This document shows positions 40,249-50,300 of a stretch of 64,000 nt of DNA, piece after piece. The stretch's first letter is position 1. The number at the start of each line of letters is the position of its first letter. The DNA comes from Sedimentisphaerales bacterium (lineage in GTDB: Bacteria > Planctomycetota > Phycisphaerae > Sedimentisphaerales > Anaerobacaceae): the NCBI GenBank assembly GCA_963708075.1, contig OY970194.1, positions 2,016,001 through 2,080,000 of the forward strand, given 5' to 3'. The translations under genes were made by a program, and so were the position numbers. A model generated the notes under the pieces. It searched no databases, was not told where the DNA came from, and worked only from the letters and a program-made list of their open reading frames with translations.

Positions 40249-43200
40249 ATGAAGAAGATAACAGGACTTATGGTAGCAGTACTTGTAGTGTTCGCGAGTT
40301 CGGTTCAAGGCGAATTGGTCGCCTCCTGGCACCTCGATGGCAACGCCTCTGACAGCAGTGGCAGAGGGAATGATGGGACGGTTTATGGAGCATCTTACGA
40401 GGCCGGTTACCTTGGTTTGGCCCTGAGGTTCGACGGTCAGGACAACTACGTCGATTGCGGAAGCGATGCGAGCCTAAAGCCTACTGATAACATAACCATT
40501 GGACTGTGGGTAAAGCCTGGCCCGACCCAAAATACGTATGCAGATATATTAGGTGGTCATCAGGGCGACCAGGGGTATGTCATTCAGCAAGACGGTTCGA
40601 ACACAAACAGGTACTACTTCGCATACAACCAGAACGGTACTTGGCAGGGTTGGCAAGGCGATAATATTACAACTCAGTTGACCGCAGAGGAATGGCAACA
40701 TTTTGTTGTCCAGAAAGAGGGCTCTACCATAAGGCACTTTCTTAACGGCCCCCTAAGCGCCAGTGGCAATGTCTCAGGCACTATCTTCTACACGCTGGGG
40801 CAACCCTTCTATCTTGGAATCGGATACGAGCTTGGGAGCGGGCGCTATTTCACCGGTGTCATTGACGAAGTCACTATCCAGGGTGGGGGCAGCTATGGGC
40901 CGACTCCCACGCCGGAGGGATTTGGCACCGCGATTAGCCCTATAGATACCACCACGGGCAGCACGCCCATGACCCTGACCTTTGAGCAAGTTACGGTTTC
41001 TGGTGGCACTACTCTTACCACCTTCCCCAGCGGTCCGCCTGCCCCCGCAGGATACCTACTGGGCAATTCGCCCGTATTCTATGACGTTACGACAACTGCC
41101 ACTTACATAGGGCAGGTTCAGGTGTGCATCAGTTACAACGGCATCGGTTTCGCAGGACCACCCGAATCGTTCCGCCTGATGCGGTATGAAAACGGCGAAT
41201 GGGCTGAATGCACGACCACAGTCAACACCGGCAACCAAACAGTCTGCGGTGCGATCAGCTCGCTTATGCCGCTGGCCGTTATGCAGGCCGAGGAGCCTGT
41301 GTATTTCGCCGATGCCAATCTCAAACAGGCAGTGAAAGAGACCTTGGGCTTAGTCAGTGATCCTATGCCGAGCGACATGCTGGCACTGTACTCGCTCATA
41401 GCGCCATCACGCGGAATCACTGATCTCACAGGTTTAGAGTATGCGTTGAATCTGTACAGACTGAGGCTGCCCTCGAACCAGATCAGCGACATTTCCGCTC
41501 TATCGGGACTCACGAAGTTGGACGACCTGCGGCTCAATAACAACCCCATAAATGACATCTCCGCTCTGTCGAACATGACCTACCTGCGCACCCTCTATCT
41601 ATACAACAACCAAATCAGCGACATCAGTCCGCTGTCAGATTCGAATGACCTTGTCGATCTGCGCCTACAGGCCAATCAGATCAACAGTATTGATGCTCTT
41701 GCGGACATGACGAATCTGCGATACCTCTATTTGAACGACAACCAAATCAGTGATATCAGCGTCTTGTCGGGCATGCCTTATCTCACTGTTCTCAAGTTGC
41801 AGTACAATCAGATCAGTGACATGAGTCCGGTGGTGAGTTTGACCGCGTTGACCAACCTCGATTTAGGTGTGAACCCGATTACCACTGTCCCCGATCTATC
41901 TGGCCTCCGTAGCCTTGCGGCACTTAGTCTGTATAGCTGCCAGGTCAATTCTCTCTCAGACGTTTCCGGGCTAGTCAGCCTTGAGTATCTGAACCTCTAC
42001 AATAACCAGATCACCGACATCTCGGCGGTTTCCGGACTCAGCCGCGTCAAGACGCTTCACTTGGGCTGGAACCAGATCAGCGATATCTCTCCTTTGGCGG
42101 GGCTGACCTCGCTAGAGCTACTGGACATCCGCCGCAACCAATTCACGAGCATTCTGCCGCTGGCAGGGCTCACCAATCTCCGCTCCCTTTGGCTGACGGA
42201 AGGCCAGCTTACGGACATCAGTGTGGTGGCAAATTTCTCGCTGCTGAACGAGTTGCGTCTGGAAAGCAATCAGATCACTGACGTCTCCTCGCTATCCGGG
42301 CTGACGAATCTGACAAGCTTGCTGCTGACCGGGAACCAGATCACTGACGCCTCCTCGCTATCCGAGCTGACAAATCTGACAACCCTGGCCCTGGGCTGGA
42401 ACCAGATCACCGACTTCTCGTGGCTGTCGAATCTCTCCGGCCTGACGCTGCTGAGCGTCGAAGGCAATCTCATCTCAGACATCAGCTTTCTGCAAAATCT
42501 GACAGCCCTCCAAGGGCTCTGGGCCGGCAACGATCAGGTCGTGGACGTAACTCCACTGGCATCGCTGACCCAACTGCGACAACTGTATTTGGAGAGCGCT
42601 CAAATCTCTGACATCTCCGCTCTGACAAGCCTTACCCATTTGTCGGAGCTTCGGCTGAGTGATAATCCCCTGAGCGCAGAGGCATACAACACGGACATTC
42701 CGATCATCCAAGCCAATAATCCAGGCTTGACTCTGACCGTCGACCCCAATCCGTACAACTACCCGGCAGAGGGCCACATCCTGTTTGAGTACTTCTGGGG
42801 CACCGACTCCACTGTGGGAAGTCTCCTGGCACTTCCTACATTTCCGGATGACCCCAATCAAAGCGACTTGCGGACGAGCTTCGAAGGCCCGAGCGACTGG
42901 CGGTATACTTACGGGACGCGTGTTCGCGGCTACCTGCATCCGCCACAAACCGGCAGCTACACGTTCTGGATTGCCAGCGATGACCAGAGCCAACTGTGGC
43001 TGAGCGCGGATGAAGATCCTGCCAACGCAGCGCAGATTGCCAGTGTGCCAGGCTGGACGCCGGCGCGCGACTTTGACAACGTTGGTGGTGGAGCCGGCGG
43101 GCCGGAGCAGAGGTCAAGTCCTGTCTATCTGGAGGCCGGCAGAAGATACTACATCGAGGCCCTGTGCGCACAAATGTGGGGCGGAGATAACCTGGCCGTT

Positions 43201-44535
43201 GCCTGGCAGGGTCCGGCTATCCCGACGCGGCAAGTGATCTCCGGGACGTTTTTGTCGGCCTGGACTGAGGACTCAGATGGCGTGTCAAGCGAGGTTGAGG
43301 ATGGCGCCCCCAATGGCGGAGATGGAAATGCCGATGGCGTGCCGGACAGCCAGCAAAACGACGTGGCGTCTCTGCCCAATGCCGTGGACGGGCAATACGT
43401 GACTCTCGTGTCGTCCGAGGGAACAGCAGTTCAAAACACCACTGCCGTTGGCAATCCGTCGCCGGCCGATGCCCCATCGGGCGTGGAGTTCCCTGTGGGG
43501 TTCTTTGACTTTACCCTGTCAGGCATGGGAGTGGGCGGCAGTGCGACAGTGACGATCATCCTGCCGGTGGGCCAGACGATAGGAACCTACTACAAGTATG
43601 GCCCGACCCCGGATAATCCGGACAACCACTGGTACGAGTTCCTTTATGACGGCACAACTGGGGCGGAAATCTCGTCGAACCAGGTCGTCCTGCATCTTGT
43701 GGATGGCCTGAGAGGCGACGATGATCTGACCGCCAATGGACTTATCACAGAACCCGGCGGCCCGAGCGTGCGACTGAACCATGCACCAGAAGCTACAATA
43801 ACCGGGCCGAGTTCAGGTCTTGTCGTGCCTGTTGGTACTACCGTAGCGCTCGCCGGCACGATTGTTGACCAGGAGGATCCTGGTGACAGCCACACAGCCA
43901 AGTGGACCATCATCGCTGAGCATTGGACCGGACCTCTGGCCATCGATGGCATCGTGGCTGAAGATCTGGTGACGGGGCAGGCCACATTTGCAGCGGCTGG
44001 CATCTACTCGATCTCGCTGACCGTGACGGATACCGCCGGGGCCAGCGGCATGACAGACACAGTCAACGATGACCTGCCTGCTTTCGTGGTCGTCTATGAT
44101 CCCGAAGGCGGCTGCGTCACCGGCGGCGGATGGATGTGGTCTCCCGTGGGTCCGCATCCATATATGGCAATCGAGGGCAAAGCCAGCTTTGGCTTTGTCT
44201 CTAAGTACCAGAACGGTGCGACTGTGCCGACCGGCAACACGGAGTTCCAGTTCAAGGCGGGCGATCTGAACTTCCACAGTACCAGCTACGAGTGGCTCGT
44301 AGTCACCGGATCGAGTTACGCAAAATTCAAAGGCACTGGCTCAATCAACGGGGCTGGAAACTACAAGTTCCAGATCTGGGCCGGCGACAGCAGTCCTGAC
44401 ACTCTGCGGATCAAGATCTGGACAGAGGATAATGTTGGTGTTGAGATCGTTGAGTACGACAACGGCTTCGCTGGTTCAGGATATGAGAATGGTCAGCCCA
44501 TTGGCGGCGGCTCCATCGTGATCCACACGGAGTAA
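40249..44535 (+). CDS. Secreted multidomain protein: LamG-like, internalin-type LRRs, PA14, choice-of-anchor-U-like, PKD-like, C-terminal beta domain
   Basis: Signal peptide; WHLDGNASDSSG…FTGVIDEV; FADANL cap plus ~20 22-aa LRRs; GSYTFWIASDDQS; YYKYGPTP…LVDGLRGDDD; GGGSIVIH end. Confidence 0.88.
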   Translation: MKKITGLMVAVLVVFASSVQGELVASWHLDGNASDSSGRGNDGTVYGASYEAGYLGLALRFDGQDNYVDCGSDASLKPTDNITIGLWVKPGPTQNTYADILGGHQGDQGYVIQQDGSNTNRYYFAYNQNGTWQGWQGDNITTQLTAEEWQHFVVQKEGSTIRHFLNGPLSASGNVSGTIFYTLGQPFYLGIGYELGSGRYFTGVIDEVTIQGGGSYGPTPTPEGFGTAISPIDTTTGSTPMTLTFEQVTVSGGTTLTTFPSGPPAPAGYLLGNSPVFYDVTTTATYIGQVQVCISYNGIGFAGPPESFRLMRYENGEWAECTTTVNTGNQTVCGAISSLMPLAVMQAEEPVYFADANLKQAVKETLGLVSDPMPSDMLALYSLIAPSRGITDLTGLEYALNLYRLRLPSNQISDISALSGLTKLDDLRLNNNPINDISALSNMTYLRTLYLYNNQISDISPLSDSNDLVDLRLQANQINSIDALADMTNLRYLYLNDNQISDISVLSGMPYLTVLKLQYNQISDMSPVVSLTALTNLDLGVNPITTVPDLSGLRSLAALSLYSCQVNSLSDVSGLVSLEYLNLYNNQITDISAVSGLSRVKTLHLGWNQISDISPLAGLTSLELLDIRRNQFTSILPLAGLTNLRSLWLTEGQLTDISVVANFSLLNELRLESNQITDVSSLSGLTNLTSLLLTGNQITDASSLSELTNLTTLALGWNQITDFSWLSNLSGLTLLSVEGNLISDISFLQNLTALQGLWAGNDQVVDVTPLASLTQLRQLYLESAQISDISALTSLTHLSELRLSDNPLSAEAYNTDIPIIQANNPGLTLTVDPNPYNYPAEGHILFEYFWGTDSTVGSLLALPTFPDDPNQSDLRTSFEGPSDWRYTYGTRVRGYLHPPQTGSYTFWIASDDQSQLWLSADEDPANAAQIASVPGWTPARDFDNVGGGAGGPEQRSSPVYLEAGRRYYIEALCAQMWGGDNLAVAWQGPAIPTRQVISGTFLSAWTEDSDGVSSEVEDGAPNGGDGNADGVPDSQQNDVASLPNAVDGQYVTLVSSEGTAVQNTTAVGNPSPADAPSGVEFPVGFFDFTLSGMGVGGSATVTIILPVGQTIGTYYKYGPTPDNPDNHWYEFLYDGTTGAEISSNQVVLHLVDGLRGDDDLTANGLITEPGGPSVRLNHAPEATITGPSSGLVVPVGTTVALAGTIVDQEDPGDSHTAKWTIIAEHWTGPLAIDGIVAEDLVTGQATFAAAGIYSISLTVTDTAGASGMTDTVNDDLPAFVVVYDPEGGCVTGGGWMWSPVGPHPYMAIEGKASFGFVSKYQNGATVPTGNTEFQFKAGDLNFHSTSYEWLVVTGSSYAKFKGTGSINGAGNYKFQIWAGDSSPDTLRIKIWTEDNVGVEIVEYDNGFAGSGYENGQPIGGGSIVIHTE

Positions 44536-44565
44536 CCGCCGTAAGGGCTATGAGTGGTCTTTAAC

Positions 44566-44596
44566 CCGGGGCTGTGCGATCACCGTGCAGCCCCGG
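44566..44596 (+). terminator. Probable terminator hairpin
   Basis: CCGGGGCTG…CAGCCCCGG 30 nt after the stop codon, followed by TGCTTT. Confidence 0.5.
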
Positions 44597-44724
44597 TGCT
44601 TTGGGCAGACCTTCGCACGCCTCACAGCTATGCAGGGACGTGGCGTGGGGCGAGCTGCGGCGGTTGGCGTTGTTCTGGCTGAAGGTGCAGTTGCGGAGGA
44701 CCGTGGGACACCCATCAGTTGCAT

Positions 44725-44900
44725 TCAGTAATCCACTCTCACCATGCGGTCTACGGTGGGGATGAGCAGGACGATCCCACGTCCCTTGGCCCGCAGCAGC
44801 TTGCCCAGCCGGAAAATCACGCCGCGCTCGTATTCTCGCAGGATGCGGACCGTCTGCGGCAATACACTGAGGGCCAGGATCGCAATGGGGACCAGCCCAC
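44725..44900 (-). pseudogene. SPFH/stomatin (slipin) N-terminal fragment
   Basis: Not in the ORF track; translates GLVPIAILALSVLPQTVRILREYERGVIFRLGKLLRAKGRGIVLLIPTVDRMVRVDY*. Confidence 0.8.
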
Positions 44901-44915
44901 GCCAGCGACGATCCG

Positions 44916-45143
44916 CTAATACTTGCTTTTGGCTTTGTCGACGGCCTCTTGAGCGATAATCGTCGCTTTGTTCACAATCTTCCGGGCGGACTCCTTTGCC
45001 TGCCGGACGCGCTTTTCGGCGGCTAGCTTGACGTGACCTACGGCCTGATGCGCCCGGCCCTGGACACGCAGTTTGTTGTTGCCGGTCAGCACACCCGCCG
45101 CTTCCTGGATGCGACCCCTCACTACCTCTGTTGAGCCCTTCAT
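44916..45143 (-). CDS. csbD: CsbD-like general stress protein
   Basis: MKGSTEVVRGRIQEAAGVLTGNNKLRVQGRAHQAVG; AAGGAG RBS. Confidence 0.8.
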   Translation of the reverse strand: MKGSTEVVRGRIQEAAGVLTGNNKLRVQGRAHQAVGHVKLAAEKRVRQAKESARKIVNKATIIAQEAVDKAKSKY

Positions 45144-45186
45144 GATGCCAACTCCTTTTCCTGCAAAAGTTCTGTTACCTCTATCT

Positions 45187-45290
45187 CTAAAGCCGGTCCA
45201 TAAGGACCAGCACAAGCAGAATCAAGACAATGAGCCCAAGCCCGCCGCTTGGGTAGTACCCCCAGTTCCTGCTGTGGGGCCAAGTGGGTA
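45187..45290 (-). pseudogene. DUF3309 family small membrane protein, 5'-truncated
   Basis: LPTWPHSRNWGYYPSGGLGLIVLILLVLVLM; the usual N-terminal helix is replaced by unrelated sequence. Confidence 0.75.
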
Positions 45291-45824
45291 ATCCTACGAT
45301 CATTAACTGCGCGCTTGTAGCCAATGACGCCGCCGCCGGCGCGAGCAAAGACAGCAGCAATCCGCTCATCAGCCACTGCATTCTGTGGAACAGCACCGCG
45401 TCACAGGGCGCGAGCGTATACATCGAGCGCTATCCGTGGAGCGGCCCGCAGCCAATGCGGAAGGCGGCACGGCTGGTGGACCCGGGAGCAGAGGCACACC
45501 GAAGTCACTGGAACCTCGCCGTATCGAGCAACTCAGGCAACATTCAAGACCCTGTGATAGATGTCATTGACGCTCGCTGCCGAGTCCTCCCATGCGTTCT
45601 CTCTGCCTGCGGCATCGATGGTGACTTTCCAATATCCAGCCGCCGACGTGCTTCGTTCCTTGCGGCACGGTGGTGCCGTCGAAGCCAAATAATCCCATGA
45701 AAGGCTGCCCCCTCGCAGAGGTACGATCTCGGCGTCAACACCTTGGAGGCGCTCGGTTTAGGTTGCGATCAGTTTTTGCACTCTATGCCCTTTTTTCATC
45801 TCCCCGGTCCGCCCCCGGAGCCCC

Positions 45825-46046
45825 TTAGGGCTTGTCGGGAGGGGTGGTCTTCTTGGACTCTTCTGTCTTGGTGACGGTGCCGTCCGGCGCCTGGGTAACG
45901 GTCTCCTCTTTCGACCTAACAGTGCCATCCCTGCTGACGCTGGTGCTCTTGGGTTCGGAAATCTTTCGGTCGCGACACCCAGCCGGCATGAATGTCAACG
46001 CCAAGGCGAACGCGACCACGCAAATCACCAACATATGCTTCTTCAT
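45825..46046 (-). CDS. Small lipoprotein
   Basis: Signal peptide with lipobox PAGC; DGTV repeats; GGAG RBS. Confidence 0.75.
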   Translation of the reverse strand: MKKHMLVICVVAFALALTFMPAGCRDRKISEPKSTSVSRDGTVRSKEETVTQAPDGTVTKTEESKKTTPPDKP

Positions 46047-46172
46047 CTGGTTGCTCCATTCTTTGTTGCTACATTCTTTGTTGTTCCATTCTCCATATTA
46101 CTTCCTTCCCATTTCCCCCAGTTGTTACACCTCCCTTTCTGAGTGTGGGCTTCTGTTGCCCATAACGGCTTC

Positions 46173-46322
46173 TTACACAAGTCGTCGTCCCTGGATGATC
46201 CCCACGAGCACCACGACAACGGCCAGCACCAGCAGGAGGTGAATGAACCCGCCCATCGTATAACTGCTCACCAGCCCCAGCAGCCACAGAATCGTCAGTA
46301 TTACAGCAATCGTCCACAGCAT
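46173..46322 (-). CDS. lmo0937-family small membrane protein (49 aa)
   Basis: Below the ORF-track cutoff: MLWTIAVILTILWLLGLVSSYTMGGFIHLLLVLAVVVVLVGIIQGRRLV*; AAAGGAG RBS. Confidence 0.9.
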   Translation of the reverse strand: MLWTIAVILTILWLLGLVSSYTMGGFIHLLLVLAVVVVLVGIIQGRRLV

Positions 46323-46484
46323 AAGATTCTCCTTTCAATTGGCCACGCGTCCACTGCCACCTGATGCGCCCCGCACCAGCCGGCAGCGATCAGCGAGCCT
46401 CCTTGCTCCTGCCCCCTCCATTGTCATCTGGTTCTCCAGCCTTCCATGTTTTCCCTACGATGTTCTGGGGTCTACGATAGAATC

Positions 46485-46529
46485 ATAATACGCCATGCGG
46501 CGGCCCTGTCCTATGGGGTACAACCCTAC
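46485..46529 (-). promoter_or_regulatory. Palindromic activator-like box plus -10 element (copy 1)
   Basis: GTAGGGT-TGT-ACCCCAT, 22 nt, TATTAT. Confidence 0.6.
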
Positions 46530-46617
46530 AGTCAATGCTGGGAGGTGCTGCCCGAAGGCTCATCTATCCGACGAAACCGCGCCGCGATGCGTCTCAGAAT
46601 GCCATAAGCTACTTCAG

Positions 46618-46725
46618 CTAGCGGCGAAGCAACAGCACCACAACAATGATGACGAGAATAAGGCCGACTGCGCCGCCGCCAATGTAGATACCACTGGCAA
46701 GAACCGGTGGGAATAAGAGATGCAT
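46618..46725 (-). CDS. 35-aa single-pass membrane protein
   Basis: MHLLFPPVLASGIYIGGGAVGLILVIIVVVLLLRR*; AAAGGA RBS upstream. Confidence 0.7.
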   Translation of the reverse strand: MHLLFPPVLASGIYIGGGAVGLILVIIVVVLLLRR

Positions 46726-46774
46726 GGCATGTCCTTTCGTTTTGGATGGCAATATGTTCACCATCTCCTTTCAT

Positions 46775-46819
46775 ACACTACGCGATGGGCTGGCCTTCAG
46801 CGATGGGGTGTAACCCTAC
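46775..46819 (-). promoter_or_regulatory. Palindromic activator-like box plus -10 element (copy 2)
   Basis: GTAGGGT-TAC-ACCCCAT, 22 nt, TAGTGT. Confidence 0.6.
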
Positions 46820-47163
46820 CATGGATTAGGGGAAGCGCTCTCCGACAGTTCAAGCTCGCGGCATACCCTGATCAGGCGGACCAAATTCAACCAAGCTGGC
46901 ACGCCTCAATCTGCGAAAGCCACTGGCGCGTGCGAGCCTCGCCACATTCTCCTGACTCATCCCCCTGGCGATTCGCCATTCCCCTAGTCGCCCGATCATG
47001 TTCCGATATCGAGGCGCACACATCCGGCGCGAATGCTGGAATTGGTCCTTGGTGAATGCAGTCCCCGCCCCACGATGCGAATTGTCAGCACCGGCAAATC
47101 GGCCTGCGCTGCCGGACAAGGTCTCATGCAGGAACCTTCGAACACCCACGCAGCAATCGCCGG

Positions 47164-47208
47164 TGGGGGTAACACCCCATATCATCTGCCGGCTCTCCAG
47201 CGCATCAT
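47164..47208 (+). promoter_or_regulatory. Palindromic activator-like box plus -10 element (copy 3, upstream of the glucan synthetase)
   Basis: TGGGGGT-AAC-ACCCCAT, 22 nt, CATCAT. Confidence 0.55.
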
Positions 47209-47388
47209 GCTGGGAGAAATCATCGCCAAAGCGGCAACGTTATTTCGGTGGGCGTGACCATTGCCCGGGCTGGAACTGAACATTGCCCAGCCTGCCCCGA
47301 TGGCGACGGGCGAGCCGACAGGTGTCCAACAGCATGAATTCCTGCGGGCAGGTTAATTGCAGGAATCGTGACAGGAAGTAAGAACAAC

Positions 47389-50300
47389 ATGCAGACTCTG
47401 CCATTGCGTTTTCAAAACTGGATGGCCGGCCATACGCGTTCGCGCCCAGGCGCGAGCGAGCTGCCATTGCGGGCCGAGTTGTTCAGTGTCGAACAATTGG
47501 CCCGCCATGCCAAAGCTCTCGCGGCCAATCACCAGGTAGTCACTCGGCAGGGTTCCAACCGTCTGCTGGCCCGGTTGGGCCAAAACGAGGACGTACTAAG
47601 AGCCTTCAATCGCGCGACCCTCGCCGTGGGCCAGAGCCGCGTGTCACTCCCGCCGCCGAATGGCTGCTCGACAACTTCTACCTGATCGAAGAGCAGATCC
47701 AAATGGCCAGGCGGCATCTGCCCCGTGGCTACAGCCGGGAGTTGCCTCGCCTCTTGAACGGCCCTTCCGCCGGACTTCCGCGCGTTTACGACATCGTGCT
47801 CGAATTGATCTCGCACGTGGATGCACAGATTGATGCGGGATCGCTCAGCGCCTTCATCGCCGCTTACCAAACGGTGGGTTCCTTGAAACTGGGCGAGTTG
47901 TGGGCCATTCCAATCATGTTGCGCCTGGGGTTGATTGAAAATCTCCAGCGCGTCACCACCCGGCTGACCATCGCCCGGGAGGATCGCGATCTTGCGGACT
48001 TGTGGGTGGATCGTTTGCAGGATATGGCGGAAAAGAATCCGTCCCACCTCGTTGTGGTGGTGGCGGACATGGCGAAATCCGATCTTCCCATCTCCAGTTC
48101 GTTCGTGGCGGAATTTTGTCAGCGTTTGTCGCGACAAAGTCCGGTGTTGCATCTCGCACGCAGCTGGCTCGAACAGCGGCTCGTGGAACAAGGGTTGTCC
48201 ATCGAACAGCTTGTCCATCTGGAGAGTCAAAATCAGGCGGCCGACCAGGTTTCCGTCAGCCACAGTATTGCCAGTCTTCGTTTTTTGAGCGCCATGGACT
48301 GGAAGGAGTTCGTGGAGACCCTGAGTCTGGTCGAGGAGACTTTGCGTTCCGACCCTGCCGACGTTTACAGCGAGATGGATTTTCCGACCCGTGATCGTTA
48401 TCGCCATTCGGTCGAAGCCATCTGCCCGGCACAGCCAACTTTCGGAAGTGGAAGTCGCGCAAAAGGCCGTCCAACTGGCCGCAGACGGCGCCCGGCAAAA
48501 AGGGCACGACGACCGGACCGCCCACGTGGGCTTCTATCTGATCGACAAAGGCCAGTCCATGCTGGAGCGCATGGCGGATGTGCGGTGGCCCTGGCGGACG
48601 ATCATCGAGCGAAGCATCCACCGTTTTCCGCTGACGTTTTATGCGGGCGGTATTGGCGTGCTCACCTTACTCGCCACGTTCGGGTTTGTGCAGCAGGCCC
48701 GGACGCTCGAAGTGCAGGGATGGAAACTCATTGGTCTTCACCCTGGTGTTCCTCCTTTGTGCCAGCCAACTGGCCGTGGCGTTGATGAACTGGCTGTCCA
48801 CGCTGCTGGTGAAACCCCGCCTGCTCCCGCGCCTGGATTATTCCTCCGGCATCGCTTCCGATTGCCGCACGATGGTGGTCGTTCCCACGATGCTCACGAG
48901 CTTGGAAGGCGTTGATCGCCTCATCGAGACATTGGAGATTCATCATCTCGCGAATCGGGATCAGCACCTTCACTTCGCCTTGCTGACGGATTTCCGCGAC
49001 GCACCGGAGGAGGTTCTGCCTGGAGATCGAGTGTTGCTTCAGCGGGCGCGGGCCGGAGTCGAGATGCTAAACCGCAAATATTTGTCCGACCGACAAGATC
49101 TCTTCTTCTTGTTTCACCGCCCGCGCCGCTGGAACGCCGGAGAAGGCTTGTGGATGGGTTACGAACGCAAGCGTGGAAAGCTCACGGAGTTCAACGCCCT
49201 CCTCCGCGGCGGTTCTCGCGAGTGCTTTTCCGAGATCGTGGGGGAGACGGCCATCCTGCCGGCCATCAAGTATGTCATCACGCTCGACACCGACACCCAA
49301 CTTCCGCGCGAGGCCGCCCGTCAGCTCGTCGGCACGATGGCCCATCCGTTGAACCGTCCGGAGTTCGATGCCGTGCGCGGGATTGTCGCCGAAGGCTACA
49401 GCATTCTGCAACCGCGCGTCGGCGTGAGTCTGCCGAGCGCCCGGCGATCCTGGTTCGTCCGGCTTTTTGCCGGCGACGCGGGCATCGATCCTTACACGCG
49501 GGAAGTGTCCGACGTGTATCAGGATGTTTTCCAGGAAGGCTCGTTCATCGGAAAAGGAATTTACGATGTGGATGCCTTCCAGCGAGCCATGAACGGACGC
49601 TTCCCGGAGAATACCGTTCTCAGCCACGATTTGTTGGAAGCGTGTCATGCCCGCTCCGCCCTCGTGAGCGACGTGGAATTCTACGAAGAGTATCCTTCCC
49701 GCTACAACGTGGACATTGACCGGCGTCACCGTTGGATTCGCGGCGATTGGCAGATCACGCAATGGCTCCTGCCGCGGGTTCCCGGTTCTGACGCCCGTCG
49801 CATTGCCAATCCGCTTTCCGTGCTGTCCCAGTGGAAGATTTTCGACAACCTGAGACGCAGTCTCGTCCCCGTTGCCCTGATGCTCCTCATGCTGGGTGCT
49901 TGGCTGCTCTCTCCTGAACTCGGCGGCCTTGGATCGCTGCTGGTCCTTTCGATCATCACGCTCCCCGGATTGTTGGCGGCGCTGGTCAATGTGTTTCGCA
50001 AGCCGGCCGATTTGCCGTGGGCGATGCATCTGCGGGGAGTGGCCGGGTCGTGCGGCCGGCAGCTCGGCCAGATCTTTCTCACCCTGGCATTTCTACCCTA
50101 CGACGCCTTCATCAGCCTGGACGCAATCGGAAGGACGCTGCTGCGGCTGCTGGTGACGCACAAACGACTCCTCGAATGGCAAACGTCGAGTGATTCCGAA
50201 CGGACAACGCGCGCAGACCTCGCCGGCTTTTATGCCACGATGTGGATCGCGCCGGTTGTCGCGCTGGCGACCGGACTTTTCCTGGCCACCATGCAGCCGG

